DNA of 64,000 nucleotides from Vulcanimicrobiota bacterium (GTDB taxonomy: Bacteria > Vulcanimicrobiota > Vulcanimicrobiia > Eremiobacterales > Eremiobacteraceae): NCBI GenBank assembly GCA_963812135.1, contig CAWETU010000001.1, positions 1,696,001 to 1,760,000 on the forward strand. The letters are read 5' to 3'. Below, in pieces: positions 39,139 through 48,314 of the stretch (position 1 is its first letter; each line of letters starts with the position of its first letter). The notes below the pieces were generated by a model. It had not been told where the DNA came from. It saw nothing but the letters and a program-made list of their open reading frames with translations, and made no database searches. Position numbers and translations under genes: made by a program.

Positions 39139-39951
39139 TTAGCAGCCGTAAACGCCGCCTTGGAAAACGCGCGTCACTGAATCGTGGGTCACGCGGTAGA
39201 TCTCATACTGCGATGCGCTGCCGAGCTCTTGTTGTATGACGACCTCGTCTACACCATCGCCGTCCACGTCTACCGTGTCGATAAAATGGGGCCCACCACC
39301 TGGACCGCCAGCGGCCACTTGTGTGTCAGCGCGAAGCAGCTCGGGTTTGCCGCCCTTATACGCCAACCAGATGAACATGAAATCGCGGTTGAGAAGGCGG
39401 GCGAATACTTCAGGTTGCCCGTCATGATAGACATCCATGACATCAATGCTCTGCAAGTGCAGCCCGTCTGAGCTCTTGCCCGCTCTTCGCAGCACGCTCA
39501 AGGCGGCGGCCAGCACGTCCTTCGAATAGCGCGGGTCGATCGGGTCGAGCGTTGAACTGCTAAGCCCTCGCGCCTGCGTATATCCGCTAACCGCGAGTCC
39601 AGGGATTGCGGCGATGCCGTGATCGAAAGATTTAGGATCGCTGATGCGGGCGTACCCCTCGACGGTCCGCGAGCACGGCGATCCGGTTGCACGAGGCGGA
39701 AGCAAGGTGTAGAAAACGTCGGCGGTTGCGACCTTGACACCGCGACTTACCAAAACGAAACGATGCGTCCAATTGAGCGGGCTCATTCGGCGGCGCGGAC
39801 TCGTGAAGTCGCTCACCGCGTCCGCGTACTTGCCCCCGTCATAGACGGCAATGGGGTCTATCCGAACGACGCGGGGCGTGTGCGAGCCGAGAATCTCCGT
39901 CACAACGGCGATCACGTTCGCCAGCAGCAAGAGGCCGACAGCCGCGATCAT
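39139..39951 (-). CDS. Hypothetical exported protein with FG-GAP-like DxDGDG motifs
   Basis: N-terminal hydrophobic helix; DVYHDGQPEV and DVDGDGVDEV. Confidence 0.7.
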   Translation of the reverse strand: MIAAVGLLLLANVIAVVTEILGSHTPRVVRIDPIAVYDGGKYADAVSDFTSPRRRMSPLNWTHRFVLVSRGVKVATADVFYTLLPPRATGSPCSRTVEGYARISDPKSFDHGIAAIPGLAVSGYTQARGLSSSTLDPIDPRYSKDVLAAALSVLRRAGKSSDGLHLQSIDVMDVYHDGQPEVFARLLNRDFMFIWLAYKGGKPELLRADTQVAAGGPGGGPHFIDTVDVDGDGVDEVVIQQELGSASQYEIYRVTHDSVTRVFQGGVYGC

Positions 39952-39961
39952 CGCTTCCTGT

Positions 39962-41170
39962 TCAGACGTTGCCGCCGCTGCGTACTGCGCCCGACAGGCG
40001 CGCAAGAGCGGCTTCGATACAATCGATCAACAACGCGAGCAGGCCGCTCATATCGCCGCTATCCGCTTCCTGCAAGCCATCGTAGTAGCGCTCACGGGCG
40101 TCGACATGCACGATCGCCGGCGGATAGCCGTTGGCTTCCAGGATGAGGTTGGAGAGCAGCCGTCCGACACGCCCGTTGCCGTCCAGGAACGGCGCGATGT
40201 TCAGGATCTTGGCCTGCGCGGCGGCCGCCTTGGCGACCGGGTCGGCGGACGATTCTTCGAGCCACTCGGTGAATTCGCGCAAGAGCGCGGGCACGAGGAC
40301 GCTTTCGGGCGGGAGATAGTCGCGGCCGACGATGCGGGCGTCGGTGCGCCGGTATTCGCCCGCTTGTTCATCGTCGATGGACGCGAACAGCCGCGCGTGC
40401 AGCTCGCGGATGGCATGCTCGGTCAGCGGCGCATCGCTTGCCGCGAGCACGGCGGCGCGGTCGAGCGCCTTGAACAGATTCACGGCTTCCAAATGCTCGC
40501 GCAGCGTCAGCCCCCCGACCGTGACGCCACGCGTCACCAGCTCCTCAGTCTGCGCGCGGTCCAACCGGTTGCCGCGCAGCGCGTTCGAATGATAGATCTC
40601 GTCGATGCGCCACTCGTTGCGCAAGCTCGCGCGGGCGATCGACGCGGCCTCGCCTTGCGCTCCAAAGGCCCGCAGCTGCTCGCGCAAGCGCTTTAGGCGC
40701 TCCTCGAGCTCGGGTGCGAAACGCAATCCGGTCGCTTCTTCTTCCGAACGCGCCGGCTGATCGAGGCCGTAGGCCGCCGGGTCGACGTTATGCTCGCGCA
40801 ACCAGTCGAGCGCCAACGACTCGAGCCGCCGTTGACGATAGGCAAGCCACGATCGACGCGCGCGCGGGTACGCGCTCAACGTCTGCAAGAATCGAGCCGG
40901 ATTGGTGGAGCCGATGGCCGCGGACCGCAAACGGTCGGCAAGCTCGCCGTCGAGGAGGGTCTCGATAAAATCGGACACGACGGAGGCCGCTTCGCCGTGC
41001 GACATCGGGTGAACCGCGATGACGTCGGCTCGGGCGGAAATGCGCAGCGCCGCGGGGTCGTCAGCCGCATACGGCTGGACGCGCCCAGAAGACGTGACGA
41101 AAAGATACCGGAACTGGCCGCTGCGATCATCGAGCGCGTCCGCCAGCTCCTCGAGCAGGAAGTTCCTCAC
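39962..41170 (-). CDS. UPF0158-like domain fused to Fic domain (start uncertain, GTG 41170)
   Basis: RF..L..YP....W..Y....L......WL pattern; EHLEAVN, AGEYR, APFLDGNGRVGR. Confidence 0.82.
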   Translation of the reverse strand: MRNFLLEELADALDDRSGQFRYLFVTSSGRVQPYAADDPAALRISARADVIAVHPMSHGEAASVVSDFIETLLDGELADRLRSAAIGSTNPARFLQTLSAYPRARRSWLAYRQRRLESLALDWLREHNVDPAAYGLDQPARSEEEATGLRFAPELEERLKRLREQLRAFGAQGEAASIARASLRNEWRIDEIYHSNALRGNRLDRAQTEELVTRGVTVGGLTLREHLEAVNLFKALDRAAVLAASDAPLTEHAIRELHARLFASIDDEQAGEYRRTDARIVGRDYLPPESVLVPALLREFTEWLEESSADPVAKAAAAQAKILNIAPFLDGNGRVGRLLSNLILEANGYPPAIVHVDARERYYDGLQEADSGDMSGLLALLIDCIEAALARLSGAVRSGGNV

Positions 41171-41416
41171 GACGGCCCGGCGCGGATTCGCTCGGCCGTC
41201 CCGCGATGCCTGGTCCCAAAGCGGCAGCCGCACGCAGAAACGTGACGCCGCACACTCGCGCTCCGGCGGAGAAACTCTCAAAATCAAAGAACCTGTATCG
41301 CGTTTCTGAGCAGGGGGCAAAAGCCTACGGCCGCCCCCATCCCGTCCCGTCATACAGCACAAAGGCGGAGCCCAAATGGCGTCTTGGTCCGCGCGCACGG
41401 CGGCACAGCTGTAACA

Positions 41417-42004
41417 ATGTTGCATCCGATACGGTCCAAGAAATTGGAACCAGTGTCGTCAGGGCCGGACCTTGCTCTGATGCAGCGCATCGCCAAAGGG
41501 GACGGAGATGCGTTCGCCGATCTGGTGCGGCGATACACGAGAATGCTGTACAACGTAGCCTACCGTTATAATGCGGCGTCCGCGGAGGACCTCGTCCAAG
41601 AGTCATTTCTCCGGGCGTTTCAGCATGCCAACACGTTTTCGGGCCGCAGCAAAGTCAGCAGCTGGCTGTATCGCATCTGCGTCAACGTCTGCCTCACGGC
41701 CATGGGCCGCGCGAGCCTGCAGACGACCGACATCGAAGAAGTCCCTGAATCAGAACTGACCGCGTCGATCAACGATCGGCCGGAGACGCGCGCGGAAGGC
41801 CGCGAGACGTACAAGGCGCTCGAAGAGGGCCTTGCACTGCTGCCGGCCCAGGAGCGCATGGTCTTCATCTTGCGCGAGCTGCAGGGGCTCGCCTATTCCG
41901 AGATCTCGGACGTGCTCGGCATGACCGAACAAGCCGCACGTACCAACTTGCACCGTGCGAAGCGCAGGCTCCAGACGTGGCTGAGCCCGCTGCTGACGTC
42001 GTGA
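41417..42004 (+). CDS. ECF RNA polymerase sigma factor
   Basis: AEDLVQESFLRAF, SWLYRI, GLAYSEIS, LHRAKRRL. Confidence 0.93.
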   Translation: MLHPIRSKKLEPVSSGPDLALMQRIAKGDGDAFADLVRRYTRMLYNVAYRYNAASAEDLVQESFLRAFQHANTFSGRSKVSSWLYRICVNVCLTAMGRASLQTTDIEEVPESELTASINDRPETRAEGRETYKALEEGLALLPAQERMVFILRELQGLAYSEISDVLGMTEQAARTNLHRAKRRLQTWLSPLLTS

Positions 42005-42020
42005 AAGGACAACTGTAAGG

Positions 42021-42920
42021 ATGGAGTGCTCTGAAGCGCTCGACTTCCTCTACCAGTCCTTCGACGCGCAACTGACGCCGACGCAGCAGATGCTGCTCGA
42101 CGCGCATCGGCGCACATGTTTCGCATGCGCCAACACCTTGACGCGCGCCGAGCGCTTCCAAGCACTGCTGCTGCAGGTGCCGCAACTAGTGGTGCCCCGC
42201 GGTTTGGAAGACCGCATCATCGAGCGCGTCTTCGCCGCGAACCACGTCACGACGAAGCGAGGCGAGACCTGGCAGACGCTGGTCGAGTCGATCACCAATT
42301 GGCGCAGCTTCGGCTATGCGATGGGCACGGCCGCTGCGGTCATCGCGCTGATCCTCATCAGCCGCGGCGTGTTCCAGCAGAGCGCGATGAGCCATCATGA
42401 AGCCCCGTCGACGATCACGGCAGCGATCAGCGGCACGCTCGACGTCAACACCGCGAGCGGCACGACGCAGCAATCCGGTTCGCTGATCCTTACGCCAGGC
42501 GAAACCCTGACGAATAGCTCGGACCAACCTTCCACGATCGCGCTGTCGCCGAATCTCGCGGTCACGATCGGCAATGGCACGCAGGTCAAGGTGGGCCAGG
42601 TCAAGGTCGACCCGCAGACCGGCGATCCTGATGTGGTCGCAGTACGCGTCGATCACGGCACCGTCGGCGTGCGCGAAAGCTTGCAGAAGAATTCCGGCGG
42701 GATCCACGTCGCGACCGACCAGGCGACGGTCGTGCCGACGGGCACCATCTTCACCGTCACTGCGGCGCCAGGCACGACCCAGGTCGCGGTCGGCGAAGGC
42801 AGCGTCGCCGTGTACCTGCCCGGCGAGACGTTCAACGTCCTCGCGGGCAACGAAGCGCGCATCACCGCGGACCAGCACACCGTCACCAAGCTGCGCACCG
42901 GCACGAAGTTCAGCCGCTAA
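42021..42920 (+). CDS. Anti-sigma factor: zf-HC2, TM helix, FecR-like domain
   Basis: HRRTCFAC (HxxxCxxC), one TM, GTIFTV..TQVAVGEGSV. Confidence 0.85.
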   Translation: MECSEALDFLYQSFDAQLTPTQQMLLDAHRRTCFACANTLTRAERFQALLLQVPQLVVPRGLEDRIIERVFAANHVTTKRGETWQTLVESITNWRSFGYAMGTAAAVIALILISRGVFQQSAMSHHEAPSTITAAISGTLDVNTASGTTQQSGSLILTPGETLTNSSDQPSTIALSPNLAVTIGNGTQVKVGQVKVDPQTGDPDVVAVRVDHGTVGVRESLQKNSGGIHVATDQATVVPTGTIFTVTAAPGTTQVAVGEGSVAVYLPGETFNVLAGNEARITADQHTVTKLRTGTKFSR

Positions 42921-43004
42921 ATTCCAAACGTTTTCAAGCGAACGGCCATCGTCGATGGAGCGTCGGGCTCGCATTGCCGCCACCCTTATGACCAGGCGAG
43001 TCCA

Positions 43005-43679
43005 TCAGCGTAGAGTCGTACCGGGCGGCGGAGGCCAGACCTCACCACCATCTGGAGTGACAATTTCACCTTTGTTCAGCACGATATATGGTGAACCACC
43101 CGGCACCGAGATCCCCGTGTTGATCGGCTTCAAAGAGAATACTACCAAACCGTCGCGCGAATACATCCACTTGACATAGAAGCGATCCGCAACGGGAACT
43201 CGGTTTACGATCTTAAGGATCACTGCACGGTCGTGTGAAGGCACTTTTTGTCGGTTTAGAGCGTCATCGTCGGCATTGTAGAAATGTTGTTGAGAATCAG
43301 GGAAGGTCCACACGCCGTTTACGGGCTTGCAGAAGTTCGCTGGCACGATCCCCGAGGCGTAGAATTTGTCGGGCAAGCCCCGACCTTCTGCGATGCGCTT
43401 TATGACGTCATCCGGCATTTGCTGGTTGAGTTGGGTCTTAGTGGCGGTATTGACTACCCACGACTCGCACGATGTGGGATGCGGAAGGGATTCAGTTTTA
43501 GTCTGAATCGGACTGCTTGAGGGCCCCGCCTCGCTCTTAGCGGGCGTAGGTGACGTTGCACCCGCATCAGCCCCACCACAACTTTGGAGCGCAAGCAAGG
43601 ATAGGGTTACTAGAGCGACATTTATAGCGCTGTGCTGCAAATAAGCATCTTTAGATGTCTTGATTTTGTCGCGACGCAT
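43005..43679 (-). CDS. Hypothetical lipoprotein, paralogue of 60024-60626
   Basis: AAGGAA RBS, LALQSC lipobox-like; conserved paralogue supports coding. Confidence 0.75.
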   Translation of the reverse strand: MRRDKIKTSKDAYLQHSAINVALVTLSLLALQSCGGADAGATSPTPAKSEAGPSSSPIQTKTESLPHPTSCESWVVNTATKTQLNQQMPDDVIKRIAEGRGLPDKFYASGIVPANFCKPVNGVWTFPDSQQHFYNADDDALNRQKVPSHDRAVILKIVNRVPVADRFYVKWMYSRDGLVVFSLKPINTGISVPGGSPYIVLNKGEIVTPDGGEVWPPPPGTTLR

Positions 43680-43728
43680 CAGTATAAGTTCCTTCCGCTC
43701 AATGGCCTTGATTCGACAGGTCAGGGAG

Positions 43729-45021
43729 TTACTGTTGTTGCCACACGGGAACTCCTGCGCACAACGGACTACCGAGGCATATGTTGACTGACATCGGACC
43801 CGATCCACCATATGTAACCACGTGAACAACATTGGGGCTGGGCGTTGGGAACGGATGGGCAGCTTGAAAAAGAAGCGATCCGCCTGTGCACAAACCAGCT
43901 TGACCGGTGTCGTACCCGGTTGGGTTTTCAAGAAGGCACGAGCCCGTTTGCTTTGTGAATGTGCCGATACCCGTATCATCGGATGCAGAATCGCCGTTGT
44001 TCCCTATCCGCATCGAGAAGAAGCTACCATCCATTTTGTATCCTTTTGGAATCGGGGATTGCGCAATCGTTACGTTAAGATACGTCGCCATGTTTGAACC
44101 CGTAGCGTTAAAGCCATCGCTTGAAGGAACCGACTGAACGTACGTCACCTGCTCATTTGTGGCCGGATAGCACGGACAGGGGCGACCGTCTTTGAATACG
44201 GGACCAAAGACGCCCTCAATCATCGTCGTTGAGAGGACCGAAAAGATCAAATCGTTGCTTTCCCCGTCGAAGCAACCGTAAAACCCGCTATAGCCGGTAA
44301 TGGTCGCCGTGGCGGCCGGTTTAGGAACAACGGCCATGTATGGTGCAAACCCCTTCGACGGCAAGTCCTTTTGGAAGCCGAGACCAAACTCTACCTGCGA
44401 TGGGTTTGAGCTTTGCAGATTTGCGTACGCGCCCATGTAAAAGAACCCCTCATCGCCGCTTTGAATCACGTAGTCGTCGCAGTTAGAAAATGAATACTGC
44501 GTAGGTGCGGGAGTTGGTCCAGGCCAGAAATCCGGCGTGATTGTATTGGACATCCACGATGTGCCACTAACAGAAAGCCGATAGAACGGCCCTGTCGAGT
44601 CCCTCGTGGGAAGACCGCTTTGTGGCTGGAGGGAGCCCTCGTTCGGTGGCGGGTCCCTGGGCAACATCAGCATCTGGCCCTCTGGGCCGCCGTAAACGCC
44701 AACTTCTCCAGGGACAGGCTTGTAGTAAAAGGCGCTGTTCAGCAGCTCTGGGCGGTTCGAATATATTCTTCCATCGCCTGCGATGTCAAAAAACACCACG
44801 TTTCGCCATTGAGTGGGGCGAAGCAACAACATCACATTTCGCATCACATTGTGATCGTGTGGCGACAGCGCGGGGGATATGTAGGCGTCGACTCCGTTTC
44901 CAGAGTACGTGCTCGGCGAAACTGAATTCATCACGCTGCTGATTCTTGTACAAGCGATGAGCATCGATGCGAAGAGGAGGATAAGCAGAATGAGAGTCCC
45001 GGGAGCAGCGCTTCGCGACAT
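43729..45021 (-). CDS. Hypothetical lipoprotein, beta-rich with several Cys
   Basis: 430-aa ORF in AT-richer DNA; hydrophobic stretch ending MLIAC. Confidence 0.72.
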   Translation of the reverse strand: MSRSAAPGTLILLILLFASMLIACTRISSVMNSVSPSTYSGNGVDAYISPALSPHDHNVMRNVMLLLRPTQWRNVVFFDIAGDGRIYSNRPELLNSAFYYKPVPGEVGVYGGPEGQMLMLPRDPPPNEGSLQPQSGLPTRDSTGPFYRLSVSGTSWMSNTITPDFWPGPTPAPTQYSFSNCDDYVIQSGDEGFFYMGAYANLQSSNPSQVEFGLGFQKDLPSKGFAPYMAVVPKPAATATITGYSGFYGCFDGESNDLIFSVLSTTMIEGVFGPVFKDGRPCPCYPATNEQVTYVQSVPSSDGFNATGSNMATYLNVTIAQSPIPKGYKMDGSFFSMRIGNNGDSASDDTGIGTFTKQTGSCLLENPTGYDTGQAGLCTGGSLLFQAAHPFPTPSPNVVHVVTYGGSGPMSVNICLGSPLCAGVPVWQQQ

Positions 45022-45095
45022 CGAGACACCCCCTAATCCGTTCGACGTTACTATTGGTGTTCATTTCCTACTTCAATTCGGGGTTCCCTCGGGAA

Positions 45096-46724
45096 TCAAA
45101 GTCCGAGCGCGGCGCCGTCGCTGCGCGCGTCTGATGCACCGATGTAGACCCCGCGAGCTTTGTCGATCACGATGGCGCCGGCGTGGCCCATCGATTCTTC
45201 CCAGTCGTCTGTGACGATCACGTGGTGGCCGCGCGCGCGCAATCCAGCGATGAATGCTTCACCTGCCCGCGCCTCGATGGCGACGCCCGGCTGCTGCGCA
45301 CCCCATGTGCGCCCGTAACGCCAGCGCGGCAGGTCCAATGCGGCCTGCGGGTCCATGCCAGCTTCGGCGATGTCGATCGACAGCTGCAGGTTGGTCTGCG
45401 GCTGACCCTCGCCGCCCATCGTGCCATAGATCAGCGTCGGGTCGTCGTCCGCGAGCAACATCGCAGCCATCAGCGTGTGGAATGGCAAGCGGTTGGGCGC
45501 GAGCGAGGTCGGCCTGCCCTCGTCCAGGGTGAACGAACAGCCGCGGTTTTGCAGGACGATGCCAAGCTCGGGCACGCCGACGCGTGAGCCGAAATGGAAG
45601 TACAGCGATTGGATCATCGACACGGCGTTGCCGTCGCGATCAACGCACGCGAAATACGTGGTGTCGCCGGGACCGGCGAGCGCCGGGCTGCTTTCCGGTC
45701 TCGCACGATAGGGATCGATGTCGGCCGCGAGGATCCGGGCACGGACGTCCGAGAGCAGCCGCTCGGTGGGCGCCTTCAGATATCTGGGATCGCCGATCCA
45801 CTCGTCGCGGTCGATGAACGCGAGTTTGATCGACTCGATGCCGAGGTGTGCCAACGCCGGGCTGCCGATTCGCGAATGCTCTCGATCCATCGCGACATCG
45901 TGGATGTTCTGCGCGACCAGCAACACCATGCCTTGCGAGTTCGGCGCCGTGGTGAGCGAGCTATGGCGCCCGAAACGCGAGCGCAAAGGCTCGGCGAAGA
46001 ATCCGCGATGCGCCGCGAGATCTGCCGCGCGCAAGGGACTGCCTGCGCGTACTGCCGACGCCTCGATTGCCGCCGCCGCTTCGCCGTCGTACCAATACGC
46101 CCGGCCTTCGGCTGCGATCCGCCCGAGCGTACGAGCGAGGACGGGCTGAACAAGGATATCGCCGATGCGATACTCGGGCTGCGCCGCGTAGAGAGCGCAT
46201 GCTCCTTCATCGGCCTCGAGGAGGGCGCGTTCCTCGTGCAGCCCGCGTGCCAAGCTGCGTGCGATGGGCGCGCCGTCGCGCGCATACCCGATGGCAGGCG
46301 CGAGCACGTCGGACAATGCCAATCTGCCGAACCGTTCGTGTAGGGCGAACCAAGCATCGACCGCGCCGGGCACCGTCAACGCCGCGGGACCACCGTGCTG
46401 GGGGATCGCATTTACCTCTAGACGCGCGTAGAACGACTGGCTCGCGAGCGCCGCCGATGCGCCGGATCCATTGTACGCGCTCGTCGTCTTCGTGCGCGCG
46501 TCATGATAAAGGAAGAACGCGTCGCCGCCAATGCCGGTCATATGCGGATACAGCACGCTCAGCGCCGCGGCGGTGGCGACACCTGCGTCTGCCGCGCTGC
46601 CTCCGGCGCGCAAGATGTCGACGCCTGCACGTGCGGCAAGCGCGTGCGGAGCGGTCACCATACCGCGAATGCCGACCGCGCTCGGACGCACGCCGGAGGG
46701 ATGCAGCGGATCGGAAGCGCTCAT
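45096..46724 (-). CDS. ggt: Gamma-glutamyltransferase family protein
   Basis: GGSAADA, GIGGDAF, GDTTYF, GTMGGEGQPQ, SDARSDG. Confidence 0.92.
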   Translation of the reverse strand: MSASDPLHPSGVRPSAVGIRGMVTAPHALAARAGVDILRAGGSAADAGVATAAALSVLYPHMTGIGGDAFFLYHDARTKTTSAYNGSGASAALASQSFYARLEVNAIPQHGGPAALTVPGAVDAWFALHERFGRLALSDVLAPAIGYARDGAPIARSLARGLHEERALLEADEGACALYAAQPEYRIGDILVQPVLARTLGRIAAEGRAYWYDGEAAAAIEASAVRAGSPLRAADLAAHRGFFAEPLRSRFGRHSSLTTAPNSQGMVLLVAQNIHDVAMDREHSRIGSPALAHLGIESIKLAFIDRDEWIGDPRYLKAPTERLLSDVRARILAADIDPYRARPESSPALAGPGDTTYFACVDRDGNAVSMIQSLYFHFGSRVGVPELGIVLQNRGCSFTLDEGRPTSLAPNRLPFHTLMAAMLLADDDPTLIYGTMGGEGQPQTNLQLSIDIAEAGMDPQAALDLPRWRYGRTWGAQQPGVAIEARAGEAFIAGLRARGHHVIVTDDWEESMGHAGAIVIDKARGVYIGASDARSDGAALGL

Positions 46725-47467
46725 GCGCCGGGCACGATGATGCTGGACTCGCGCGACGATACTGCCGCTTCTTCATCGAGCGCCTTGGGTTCGAGACGCA
46801 AGAACTCGTCGATGCTCACGATGCGTTTGCTGCGCACGAAATCGAGATGACGCCGTCTGACGGCCTGCGCCACTTCTTCAACGCTGCGGCCTCCGAACAT
46901 GACCGGACGTCCAAGGCTGACGTGTGCGTCGAGCGCGGCAAGCGCGCGGAGCGCCACCGGCGCGCCGTCGGCGACGACGCCTGCGCCGCGCCCGAGCGGC
47001 CACACTTCGATCGGTGCGCCTGATTCTTCGAGCACAGGCGTGCACCGCAAAAAGCCTGCCGACCAGCCATCGACGCGGTACAGCAGGCGGCGAGCGCTGC
47101 GCCACGCCTCGACCATCGCCCGATCCGTCGCGTCGAACGCCGGCCCGCGCTCCATCACGAACTGGTCGATCGCCGTGCGGCCATAGTGTTCAAGCCGCTT
47201 GTCGAACATCAGATGATCGACGACGCGTGCAGCGGCGGCTTCATCGATGGGCGTCCGCCAAAACGGGAATTCGTCGCGCGCCACCACATCGAGCGGAACT
47301 CCCACCGCGGTCTCCGCGAACCGGGCGAGCTGTGACAAACGGGGCAACACGCGTCGCTCGAGCGCTTCCGCGAAGCGATCGTGTTCCGCCTCACGCCCAA
47401 TGCAGCAGCGTTTGTACTTGCGGCCGCTGCCGCAGGGACATGGGTCGTTGCGCCCGGGTTTGTTCAT
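46721..47467 (-). CDS. SEC-C motif protein
   Basis: GRNDPCPCGSGRKYKRCC at the N-terminus. Confidence 0.85.
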   Translation of the reverse strand: MNKPGRNDPCPCGSGRKYKRCCIGREAEHDRFAEALERRVLPRLSQLARFAETAVGVPLDVVARDEFPFWRTPIDEAAAARVVDHLMFDKRLEHYGRTAIDQFVMERGPAFDATDRAMVEAWRSARRLLYRVDGWSAGFLRCTPVLEESGAPIEVWPLGRGAGVVADGAPVALRALAALDAHVSLGRPVMFGGRSVEEVAQAVRRRHLDFVRSKRIVSIDEFLRLEPKALDEEAAVSSRESSIIVPGA

Positions 47468-47484
47468 GCCGATAACCGTTTTAC

Positions 47485-48297
47485 ATGGCCTTACGACTTG
47501 TCCTCGCGCTCGCATGTCTTTACGCTGCATCGGCCGCTGCCAGCTCCGCTGCTGCGCCGGCGGCGGAACAGCTGTTAGCGCTGCGCTTGATGCCCGGCGA
47601 CCGGATCGTCCAACACTCCGAGCTGGTCGATGGCATCGACTGGCAGCTTCCGCCGGAGCGCCTGGAATCGTTTCGCTCGCAAGGCGTCGTCATCAACGAA
47701 GAAGTGCGCACGACGATCGTCGCGACCGGCGTCGTCGAGTCGCTGAGCGGGGGCAGCGCGCGCGTGAGCGGCGACGTCACGACCACCGTGCACGACGTGC
47801 CCCGCAACAAGACCGTGGTAACCCATGACAAGGGCGTGTCGATCACCACGGCGCGCAACGTGCAGACCGGCACCTCGCTGTACGCGCTCGAAGACGCGCC
47901 GATGATCGACTTGCCGGCGACACCGGTCTCGCTCGGCACGCGCTGGACGACGAAACAGCGCGTGGTGACGTCGCTCGGCTCGGGCGTGGCGGTCTTCCAG
48001 CATGTCGTCGCAGCCATCGATGGAGATGTGGTGCGCGTCGATGTGACCGGCAGCGGCGTGATCACGGGCAAGGAATATAACCTTCCCCACCTCCTGCCCG
48101 GCACGATCGCGTTGCGCGGCTCCGCGTGGTTCGATGCGGACAGCGGCTTGATCTCGCAAGAGAGCTACGCGGTCGACAACACGCTCGTCAAGACAAGCCC
48201 GCAGGGCCCCATCGGTTTCATCGAGCACCTCGACGCCGACACGGACGTGCACAAAGAAGGACGAACGCCGGGTCGCCTGAATTCGACGGCTCCGTAG
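47485..48297 (+). CDS. Hypothetical exported beta-rich protein
   Basis: Signal peptide; LPATPVSLGTRW, GSAWFD..SG; resembles 52371-53207. Confidence 0.7.
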   Translation: MALRLVLALACLYAASAAASSAAAPAAEQLLALRLMPGDRIVQHSELVDGIDWQLPPERLESFRSQGVVINEEVRTTIVATGVVESLSGGSARVSGDVTTTVHDVPRNKTVVTHDKGVSITTARNVQTGTSLYALEDAPMIDLPATPVSLGTRWTTKQRVVTSLGSGVAVFQHVVAAIDGDVVRVDVTGSGVITGKEYNLPHLLPGTIALRGSAWFDADSGLISQESYAVDNTLVKTSPQGPIGFIEHLDADTDVHKEGRTPGRLNSTAP

Positions 48298-48314
48298 ATA
48301 GCGAGGGTCCCCCA

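Noticed and set aside
41171..41416. Autoregulatory ECF promoter
   Set aside because: GAAC/CGT-like words occur but not with convincing spacing.
43680..43979. Extended N-terminus of the 324-aa ORF
   Set aside because: Overlaps the upstream gene; RBS and signal peptide support ATG 43679.
42921..45095. IS element or target-site duplication around the lipoprotein islet
   Set aside because: No transposase or integrase, and no convincing flanking repeat by eye.
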